Virus record (IMG/VR): IMGVR_UViG_3300028887_000001
Span: 92,088 to 156,087 of that record
DNA length: 64,000 nucleotides
Source: a virus
Lineage: Duplodnaviria > Heunggongvirae > Uroviricota > Caudoviricetes
Strand: one strand, 5' to 3'
Shown here: positions 9,786 to 16,913 of the stretch, in pieces
Layout: each line of letters opens with the position of its first letter
How positions within the stretch are numbered: the first letter of the stretch is position 1
Notes under the pieces: model-generated
Databases searched by the model: none
Told to the model about the DNA's origin: nothing
What the model saw: the letters and a program-made list of their open reading frames with translations, nothing else
Translations under genes and position numbers: made by a program

Positions 9786-10082
9786 TTATTTATATCGAAA
9801 TTCTTCCTTATGTTTTTCAATATAATCTAAAAGTTCTTCGCAGGCATCATTTAATGAAACAGCATTTCCAATTCCTTCATTTATCCAACCACTGCCACAT
9901 TCAACAATTGAATGAGGATGATTTTCAGGTTCAACACAAACTGAAAAAAGTGAATCGTGTTTTGAATTAAGTGCCAAACGATAACCAATACAAAGACGTC
10001 CAAATGCAGTTACCCACATATTAAGCTGATACAAATCATCATTGTAATAAATGTCCTTTGGCAGAAGTTCAATCTTATTCAT
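9786..10082 (-). CDS. hypothetical protein
   Basis: 98-aa ORF after the junction motif. Confidence 0.75.
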   Translation of the reverse strand: MNKIELLPKDIYYNDDLYQLNMWVTAFGRLCIGYRLALNSKHDSLFSVCVEPENHPHSIVECGSGWINEGIGNAVSLNDACEELLDYIEKHKEEFRYK

Positions 10083-10085
10083 AGT

Positions 10086-10289
10086 TTATTCTCCTTTCAT
10101 ATAGTTTACAAAGTCATCAATCATTTTTGTATTCCAAATCCAATGCTGTTGAATATAAGATGTCGCCTTCTCAATAAACGCATCTGTGCGGGTGTATTCA
10201 ATACCACTACCATGTTCAAATCCAATAATTTCAGTAACTCCTCTGAAAGGATGATTTATCTTTACATATATTTTTTCTGGTGCTTCCAT
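10086..10289 (-). CDS. MxAPEKIY-family small protein, copy 2
   Basis: Near-identical N-terminal half to 2893-3144 with a different C-terminus ending KGE. Confidence 0.8.
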   Translation of the reverse strand: MEAPEKIYVKINHPFRGVTEIIGFEHGSGIEYTRTDAFIEKATSYIQQHWIWNTKMIDDFVNYMKGE

Positions 10290-10291
10290 AA

Positions 10292-11296
10292 CTATAATTT
10301 TTTAAGTTGTTCTAATAATTCCTTTGATGCCTTGTATTGCCAAGAACCTTTACAAGTTGAATTAACTTGATATTCAAGTGCAGCTATATGTTGACTACTC
10401 GGTTCCCATTGAAGCTGAACTCTATTTTTAAGTGATTTGAGCCAATTATCTAATTTAAGCCATTTGCCATAAAGAGTTTCATCCTCAGTATCAATTTCAT
10501 ATTCTTTATATGCCTCTTTTACAATAAGTTTATGTAATTGATTTAGTTTTTCTTCATCCTCTTCACTCCAAGCAGACTTTTGCTCACAATTTTCCGATTC
10601 AAAATCACCACCATTAGTTATAAGCAACTTCAACTCTTTCTTTTCAGCATCCCATTCATAACCTGCCTCTCCCATCTTTTGGAATAAGAGTTCACGCTGT
10701 TCTTTGGTAGCTGGATGAAAGTCAACATGAGTAAAAGGCAGTTTTTTATCATAAGATTCAAATCCATGTCTTGTAAGTCCACAATGAGCAAACGGATATT
10801 TACCTTCTTCAACCGTACCGTCAAATATGCAGATACTATCGTTATCAGTTGCAAGCACATCACCATCCTTTGCATCTTGTATTGTCCAAAGGCGATATCC
10901 ATATTGTTCTAATGATGATTCACTAAGAAAATCACCGTTTTCAATATAATACCGGTCATCAACAATCTTTGTTATCTTGCAAACTCGATAGTCGTTATGG
11001 ACATCCTTGTCATTACTTATAATCCAATCGCCAACCTTAAATTTTGGTTCAACCTTATTAGCAGTATTCTGCTCACCTAGCTTTTCAAGCCAAGTAACCC
11101 ATACTTCTTTATCAATAAGTTCTGGGTATTCATAAGTTGATATGAAATCAATAATCGCTTTCCTTATCTTCTCATCCTCACTCTCTGCAAGTTCAGGGAA
11201 GACTTTTTCCATTATCTGCTTTATTTGATTATTACCACACTTGTGAATGACATTAGCTTTGTCAAGAGCCTCTTTGTACTTTTCTTCGTAATCCAT
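10292..11296 (-). CDS. MDYEKKYKE-family modular accessory protein
   Basis: 334 aa; VEPKFKVGDW, LWTIQDAKDGDVL, PATKEQRELLFQKM, AWSEEDE and WEPSSQH modules. Confidence 0.85.
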   Translation of the reverse strand: MDYEEKYKEALDKANVIHKCGNNQIKQIMEKVFPELAESEDEKIRKAIIDFISTYEYPELIDKEVWVTWLEKLGEQNTANKVEPKFKVGDWIISNDKDVHNDYRVCKITKIVDDRYYIENGDFLSESSLEQYGYRLWTIQDAKDGDVLATDNDSICIFDGTVEEGKYPFAHCGLTRHGFESYDKKLPFTHVDFHPATKEQRELLFQKMGEAGYEWDAEKKELKLLITNGGDFESENCEQKSAWSEEDEEKLNQLHKLIVKEAYKEYEIDTEDETLYGKWLKLDNWLKSLKNRVQLQWEPSSQHIAALEYQVNSTCKGSWQYKASKELLEQLKKL

Positions 11297-11297
11297 A

Positions 11298-11414
11298 TTA
11301 TCTTAATTTTCTTTCAATATTACTTAAGTCACTTTCAATCTTACTTAAATGAAATAAGATAAAACATAGTAAAGTAAATATTCCACCAAGTACACCAAAA
11401 CATAAAGCATCCAT
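11298..11414 (-). CDS. 38-aa membrane peptide, copy 2
   Basis: MDALCFGVLGGIFTLLCFILFHLSKIESDLSNIERKLR; paralog of 5361-5462. Confidence 0.75.
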   Translation of the reverse strand: MDALCFGVLGGIFTLLCFILFHLSKIESDLSNIERKLR

Positions 11415-11415
11415 A

Positions 11416-12900
11416 TTATTCTCCTTTCAATTTCTTTAAGTCTTCACACAATTCATTAAGGTGTTTTGAAACCTCTTGTTCAACTATACCATCGCCTAAC
11501 TTTATATTTGCAATCCATGACAAATAATATATTTGCTCATCTCTTGGCTTCCAATGAGATTGTGGTTTAAGAGAATCAATTAAAGCGCATAAAGTTTCAG
11601 CATATTCTTCACCATAATAATTTTTAATAGCTGATTTTATATTTATAGCATCCTCTTCACTCCACTCAGTAGGCTTTTCTTTAGTAATAGAAGGACTATT
11701 CGGTTCATATTTGATATGTTTACTCCAATCTATAATTTTCAATTCTTTCTTCTCATCATCCCACTCATAACCTGCTTCTTTCATCTTTTGGAATAGAAGG
11801 TCGCGTTGTTCTTTGGTTGCTGGTATAGAATTAGTTGTTCCATAAGATTCATCTTTTGTTGGTACTTTAAATACTCCATTACAAACAGAACAATAGCACT
11901 TACAATCCTCGTTACCAATAAACTCTTTGAAAATCACAGTGACATCTCCAAGTTGAAGCACATCACCATCCTTTGCATCTTGGATTGTCCAAAGATGAAT
12001 TTTATCATCTGATAAAAATCTACTCGAAGTAAAATCATTACCGTTAGTATCTATGCCAACATAATATTGCTCTTGAACATCAAGAATTTGTGCCTTAATG
12101 TTTCCTCTTACAACCCAATCACCAACCTTAAACTTTGGTTCAACCATATCAAGAATGGAAGTGTTTTTTAATACTTCAACAATTTCTTCATCAGTATCAT
12201 TGATAGGTTTCTGCTTAACCTGTTTTTCATCTAAAAATCTTTCAAGGACATCTGTATAGAAATTTTTTGCACCAATACCATTTGGATTTTCATGCCGTAC
12301 CAAGTCTATAAAGTCCTCTATTTTTTCGATGTCTTCCCAAGTGAGATTTTGGATGTCTATTGTAGACTTCTGCTCACCTTGCTTTTCAAGCATCAATTTA
12401 TCTAACTCTGAAAGTTCTATATAGTCACATTCAAAAGCAAGACAGGAACTAAGACTATACGTGTTGTGGTTTTTTATCAGAAACATTGGTTCACCTTCCC
12501 CATTTCCTGCAATGCCGTCTTTCCAATGTTTCCATATAGACACTTTTTTAGACTTCTGCTCACCTTGCTTTTCAAGCCAAGAAATCCAAGATGATATATC
12601 AACACCTCTTAATGTTTTATCTTCAAATTGACAAAAGAAATCAAACATTTCTTTCCTTATCTTCTCATCCTCACTCTTTTTCTTCCTCACAATAATCTTA
12701 CCATCTTTAATAGTTGCTTCCATATCATCAGGAATAGTATATTCCCAACCCCAAGTTTCACTATCTCTTGCACCAAAGGGAATTTCAATAAAATATTCTT
12801 TTAGTTTATTTTTATTTGGATGCATACAACCACAGGTTGAAAGATAGTTACAACCAGTACAAGTGTAATTTCCAATAGGGCAATTATCTATATAGTCCAT
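11416..12900 (-). CDS. MDY-family modular accessory protein with Cys-rich N-terminus
   Basis: Start revised to ATG at 12900 after the junction motif; CPIGNYTCTGCNYLSTCGC, then the family modules; ends KLKGE. Confidence 0.85.
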   Translation of the reverse strand: MDYIDNCPIGNYTCTGCNYLSTCGCMHPNKNKLKEYFIEIPFGARDSETWGWEYTIPDDMEATIKDGKIIVRKKKSEDEKIRKEMFDFFCQFEDKTLRGVDISSWISWLEKQGEQKSKKVSIWKHWKDGIAGNGEGEPMFLIKNHNTYSLSSCLAFECDYIELSELDKLMLEKQGEQKSTIDIQNLTWEDIEKIEDFIDLVRHENPNGIGAKNFYTDVLERFLDEKQVKQKPINDTDEEIVEVLKNTSILDMVEPKFKVGDWVVRGNIKAQILDVQEQYYVGIDTNGNDFTSSRFLSDDKIHLWTIQDAKDGDVLQLGDVTVIFKEFIGNEDCKCYCSVCNGVFKVPTKDESYGTTNSIPATKEQRDLLFQKMKEAGYEWDDEKKELKIIDWSKHIKYEPNSPSITKEKPTEWSEEDAINIKSAIKNYYGEEYAETLCALIDSLKPQSHWKPRDEQIYYLSWIANIKLGDGIVEQEVSKHLNELCEDLKKLKGE

Positions 12901-12901
12901 A

Positions 12902-13291
12902 TTATTCTCCTTTCTTTTTATACATTCCTTCAGGTGCTTCAAGAGCCAATCCTTTATCAATTAGACCTCTGTAATCAAAGTGATGAGCATTAAGCCAATC
13001 CATTTGTTCAAGGCTCAATATGCAAATGTGTTTCTTCTCAGTATAGTGTAAAACAACATCTCCTATTGCAATGAACCCCAATTCTTCTTCCTCAGTCATA
13101 CTTGACATTGGACGAAGATAAGGCTTAAATGGTGGTTCTACATAATCTCCGTCACCGTATATTAAATCAATAAAATAAGCATTACCCACATTAAGTGTAT
13201 ATGTTCTGCCCATATCATCAAACACCTTAACCCCATACGGCAACCTTGCACAAAGGTCTTTAAGCAATAAATCTTTTTCTTCTTGTGTCAT
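12902..13291 (-). CDS. ARLPY-family protein, copy 2
   Basis: Paralog of 5464-5856 with shared N- and C-termini and a different middle. Confidence 0.8.
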   Translation of the reverse strand: MTQEEKDLLLKDLCARLPYGVKVFDDMGRTYTLNVGNAYFIDLIYGDGDYVEPPFKPYLRPMSSMTEEEELGFIAIGDVVLHYTEKKHICILSLEQMDWLNAHHFDYRGLIDKGLALEAPEGMYKKKGE

Positions 13292-13310
13292 GATATTGAA
13301 TTATTAAATA

Positions 13311-13514
13311 TTACCATTCCCACCCAGATGTTGGTTTTCTTCCAAGTTTTCCACCTCTATCATCGTCATCGATTTTCTTGTTAAGTCTTCTCATAAATCT
13401 ATTCATTTGGTTCTTAAGCCATTTTCTTGACTTTGACCAGTTTTGCCATGGCGTGTCAGATTGTTTTGACCACTTTACTTCAAGTCTTTCAATTTGTTCT
13501 CTTTGTAAACTCAT
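13311..13514 (-). CDS. small basic hypothetical protein
   Basis: 67-aa K/R/W-rich ORF in the operon. Confidence 0.7.
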   Translation of the reverse strand: MSLQREQIERLEVKWSKQSDTPWQNWSKSRKWLKNQMNRFMRRLNKKIDDDDRGGKLGRKPTSGWEW

Positions 13515-13517
13515 ACT

Positions 13518-13721
13518 TTAGTCTCTAAGAAAATGTTCAAGAATTGTTTCAATTCTGTCAAGCCTATCTCTAATGTTGTTTTCTGACACGTATATTACTG
13601 CGCCAAGCAATGATGGCCCGATAAACTTAACCAGTTCGATTGGGTTTTCGAGTTTAATTGTACATGTTATCAGTATAAATGAAATAACAAAACCAAGGAT
13701 AAAATTACATAATGTTTTCAT
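13518..13721 (-). CDS. small membrane protein
   Basis: 67 aa with two hydrophobic segments. Confidence 0.7.
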   Translation of the reverse strand: MKTLCNFILGFVISFILITCTIKLENPIELVKFIGPSLLGAVIYVSENNIRDRLDRIETILEHFLRD

Positions 13722-13722
13722 A

Positions 13723-13911
13723 TTATTTATAACATTCTATTTGATGAACTTCTTTGTTTGTATACTCTTCAAGACTTATAAAGAACACTGCAATTGATAT
13801 CAAACCAATTACCAGACACAACGCCCACATTCCTCCACTTTTGTATTCATAAAACGCCAAACTGAGAATTGATACTAATGCAATTAATGCGCTAATTATT
13901 ATTACAGTCAT
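13723..13911 (-). CDS. small membrane protein
   Basis: 62 aa with two hydrophobic segments; stop/start coupled to neighbours. Confidence 0.7.
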   Translation of the reverse strand: MTVIIISALIALVSILSLAFYEYKSGGMWALCLVIGLISIAVFFISLEEYTNKEVHQIECYK

Positions 13912-14414
13912 GATTTTATCTTTTTTTCGTATTTTTCTTCATTATATGCTTTTATAATTTCTTCGACATCATACCAATCTGGGTTGTCGTTGATGTTTTG
14001 TATAATACCATCAAATATGTTACCATCAACATCCAACCTTCCAGCTTGCCAACTACTTTGAATATCCATGCTAAACCAGCCACCGTCTTTTGTTCTTACA
14101 AACCAAAGATTGTGTTCATCATAATTTGGGCAAGAACATTCAACGAAATAATCTGTTTCTTCAGAATACAACCAATCATGACATGGCATTTCATTGTTAT
14201 GCCAGTGGTCATATAATGAGGTGTCAACAATAATATCATCTTCAGCACACCCATCTATGTATAATGGGAGTCTAAACATTATATTTTTTGCTTCTCCTGG
14301 AGTGATTACTCTCTCACACTTACAGATATAATGTCTACTTGGCGATGTTTTACCGTCATCAAAGAAGTGGTATAACTTGCCAACTTCTGGAACTGGTTTA
14401 AGATTGTTACTCAT
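13908..14414 (-). CDS. hypothetical protein
   Basis: 168-aa ORF, tightly packed. Confidence 0.8.
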   Translation of the reverse strand: MSNNLKPVPEVGKLYHFFDDGKTSPSRHYICKCERVITPGEAKNIMFRLPLYIDGCAEDDIIVDTSLYDHWHNNEMPCHDWLYSEETDYFVECSCPNYDEHNLWFVRTKDGGWFSMDIQSSWQAGRLDVDGNIFDGIIQNINDNPDWYDVEEIIKAYNEEKYEKKIKS

Positions 14415-14417
14415 AGT

Positions 14418-14723
14418 TTAATATGTTTGTTTTTCTAGTTCGTCATCCTCATCACAACATTTATCATCATATGCTGTTAAGCAATCATTGTATCCGGTCA
14501 TATAACCTCTTGTGTACATGAACTGCATAGCATCTTTAACTGCAACCATTAAATCACCACTCTTCTCGATGTCTGGGTGCTTCTTTACGAAATCATTGAA
14601 TGCGTTGTTAACACTCAAACAACATAGTTTCTTTCCCATAGTTTTTATTTTTCTTTCTGCAAAATTATAACAATTCTGACAAACTTCCAAATATGTTGGC
14701 ATAAAAGTTATATTTCTTAACAA
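14418..14723 (-). CDS. hypothetical protein
   Basis: 101-aa ORF; start uncertain (ATG at 14702 is an alternative). Confidence 0.65.
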   Translation of the reverse strand: MLRNITFMPTYLEVCQNCYNFAERKIKTMGKKLCCLSVNNAFNDFVKKHPDIEKSGDLMVAVKDAMQFMYTRGYMTGYNDCLTAYDDKCCDEDDELEKQTY

Positions 14724-14887
14724 TTTTTAACGATTAGTGTTCAAAAAATTCAGCAATGCCCTATACAGGAGGTGCGTTTTTTAATGAGTAACGGTAAGTT
14801 CTCATCCTGTAGTCTTTGGGCAATGCATAGTTGTAGTTCTATTTTAACCGAAGAAACCCACAACGTAATATCTCGGTACCGTGTTTG

Positions 14888-14960
14888 TACTCCCTGTTGG
14901 ATTCAAACCAACGACCCACAGATTAGAAATCTGTTGTTCTATTCACTGAACTAAGGGAGC
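14888..14960 (-). tRNA. trnR: tRNA-Arg (UCU)
   Basis: Cloverleaf: acceptor GCTCCCT/AGGGAGT, D-stem GTTC/GAAC, anticodon arm ACAGA-TTTCTAA-TCTGT, T-arm GTTGG-TTTGAAT-CCAAC; CCA not encoded. Confidence 0.92.
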
Positions 14961-14994
14961 ACACCCAATTAACTTCTCGCTAGAAGTTTCACTG

Positions 14995-15002
14995 CAAAGT
15001 TA
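14995..15002 (-). promoter_or_regulatory. Bacteroidota-type -7 promoter box upstream of the tRNA
   Basis: TAACTTTG followed by CA on the minus strand, 35 nt upstream of the tRNA. Confidence 0.7.
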
Positions 15003-15074
15003 CTAATAATTTCTCAATTAAACAACAATTTTGGAAGAAAATCCACAAAAATGTGCTATTAATCGACAAAATTG

Positions 15075-15521
15075 CTAAGCATCCATACTTTTAATCAACA
15101 AATTTGCCATTTCTTTAATCTTTTTATTTGTTGGTATCTTACCACCTCCGGTATAGTCTATGAGCAATTTTCTTAGTTCCTTTTCAAAATTAGTCAGTTC
15201 TGACATTTCCCTTTCAATTTGAGAAATCAAATCTTCTAATGTTCCGACTTTTCCGAAGAAGCATTTATTCTGACTATTCTCTATCTCTTCACGTTCTTCT
15301 TTATCTATGATTACAATTTTGCCATCTATATTTGAGCATATAAATCCCTGGTCACACAATGATTTCGAAATTGCGCTAAACAACTCACAATTGATATTTA
15401 CTAAAGGCCCTCTCATGTTTTTCAATGAGTTCAAGATTGATTCTATAAACCTTAATACGTCAAAACTTCTTTCCATGATAGATATTTTCGTCAACCGTAT
15501 TATTTCACAAATGCCATACAA
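15075..15521 (-). CDS. hypothetical protein
   Basis: 148-aa ORF; true start probably the downstream MERSF. Confidence 0.7.
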   Translation of the reverse strand: MYGICEIIRLTKISIMERSFDVLRFIESILNSLKNMRGPLVNINCELFSAISKSLCDQGFICSNIDGKIVIIDKEEREEIENSQNKCFFGKVGTLEDLISQIEREMSELTNFEKELRKLLIDYTGGGKIPTNKKIKEMANLLIKSMDA

Positions 15522-15549
15522 ATCTTTAGTTTGTTGGTGGTTCGCTGTT

Positions 15550-15942
15550 TTAATTGTTGCTTATTGGTTTATATCCTATAATACTTGGGTATATTCCACA
15601 TATTGGAAACGACATTCCTCTTGTTGTAATAATATATGTTGAATCATTTTTCATTGCCAGGCATTCTGGGTGTGCGTTAATTCCACTTGTTTCTACTCGA
15701 TAAGAGCCTTTGTCTGTTGTTACTATATAATAAACAGTAGTGTGAAATCCGTCAGAATTTCCACTTCTATCTTCGACCTTATCAATTGAAATGACTTTAC
15801 ATTTATTTGTTTGTTCATTCATTAGTTTTGCGGGTCCGTAGAAAAACACGCATCCTATTGCGCAAATTGAAATAATAATGGTTGTCATGCAAGATGTTGA
15901 TTTATGCATGATTTTTTTGATTTTGTCTTCTAATTTATACAT
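15550..15942 (-). CDS. membrane-anchored hypothetical protein
   Basis: 130 aa with an N-terminal hydrophobic segment. Confidence 0.75.
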   Translation of the reverse strand: MYKLEDKIKKIMHKSTSCMTTIIISICAIGCVFFYGPAKLMNEQTNKCKVISIDKVEDRSGNSDGFHTTVYYIVTTDKGSYRVETSGINAHPECLAMKNDSTYIITTRGMSFPICGIYPSIIGYKPISNN

Positions 15943-15973
15943 AATTAATTCACTTTAATTGCTAAATCTGGTA

Positions 15974-15981
15974 CAAATATA
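15974..15981 (-). promoter_or_regulatory. Bacteroidota-type -7 promoter box
   Basis: TATATTTG on the minus strand in an intergenic gap upstream of 15942. Confidence 0.65.
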
Positions 15982-16013
15982 TGGCATTTTTAAAAAACAT
16001 GCAAGTAAATCGA

Positions 16014-16205
16014 TTAGGTCATTGTTTTAAAAGATTCTCCGAGCATGCGGCCAAGGGTATATCCGAACGCCATATATGATATTGTGCGTGTAAGGCATAA
16101 CCAAAGTGGCTCTTGATTAAACTTGTTACACTTATTATAAGCGTAGATTGTGCCTACCACACCAACAATGAATGCCAAGACACAGATGATAAAATAATAA
16201 ATCAT
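16014..16205 (-). CDS. small membrane protein
   Basis: 63 aa, hydrophobic. Confidence 0.7.
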   Translation of the reverse strand: MIYYFIICVLAFIVGVVGTIYAYNKCNKFNQEPLWLCLTRTISYMAFGYTLGRMLGESFKTMT

Positions 16206-16208
16206 AGC

Positions 16209-16475
16209 CTATTCCCCTTCTTTTTCTTTATTTAAGTTAGCGTATTTTGCAAAAATTGTTTCTTCAATATCAGGGAACTTGATATGCAGGAAATCTTCAA
16301 TCGTCTGAATCCTATTTACCTTATCAGCAATTCCGGTATCTGAAGTCCAAAAAATCAAACTTTCTGTATGAATTGAATCATCCATAGCTGCTAGATATTC
16401 ATCTCTTGATTGACTTGTTTTTTTACAGCTTGCCAATGTCAAAACACATAGAAATGATAAAAATATTCTATTCAT
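16209..16475 (-). CDS. putative lipoprotein
   Basis: MNRIFLSFLCVLTLASC lipobox-like signal. Confidence 0.7.
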   Translation of the reverse strand: MNRIFLSFLCVLTLASCKKTSQSRDEYLAAMDDSIHTESLIFWTSDTGIADKVNRIQTIEDFLHIKFPDIEETIFAKYANLNKEKEGE

Positions 16476-16490
16476 GTCTGTAATGCTATT

Positions 16491-16913
16491 TTACTTTAAT
16501 TGAATTATATCACTCCACCTTGTGGTTGGGTTTTTACTCTTAAAGTCGTGCTTGATGGCATTGGCAAATACATCGGCTTTTCCTTCGCCATTCTTCTTTG
16601 TATATTGCTGACTGCCTAACACTATCGTTTCTGTCCCGTTGACTTTGTTGATTCTGTCCATGACTGCATCCAGCCGCTTCATCTTCTCGAACTGCTCTGC
16701 GTTGTAGTCAAAGAGGTCAAGCTGCTGGGGAGAGTTGGGACCTATGCCCATAACTATGACACCTGCTTTCTTGTAGTGATAGCCCTGCCTGTAGATGCTC
16801 TCCAATACCTCTGATGCTGCTTTCACTATGTCGATGGTGCTGTTCGTCCCGACTGTCAGACGCTTCTCTTCATAGTTCCAGTACTGAGGCAGGTCTTCCG
16901 AAGAATTAAACAT
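16491..16913 (-). pseudogene. umuC: 5'-truncated UmuC (Y-family Pol V) fragment: little finger and DUF4113-like C-terminus
   Basis: EDLPQYW...YKKAGVI...QLDLFD...MDRIN...TTRWSDII matches UmuC C-terminal motifs; G+C 31/60 and 29/60 at 16681-16800 versus 19/60 at 16321-16380. Confidence 0.8.

Larger units (their letters stand above)
2893..16218 (-). repeat. Recurring gene-junction motif AAAGGAG(G)AATA(A/G)-n1-3-ATG
   Basis: Plus-strand ttattctcct/ttattcctcc or close variants starting at 2893, 3148, 4118, 5137, 5464, 6011, 6409, 7389, 7806, 8166, 8944, 9191, 10086, 11416, 12902 and 16209. Confidence 0.9.

Noticed and set aside
6-13291. Integron or invertase shufflon
   Set aside because: No integrase or recombinase in the window, no attC-like palindromes at junctions, and all repeats are direct.
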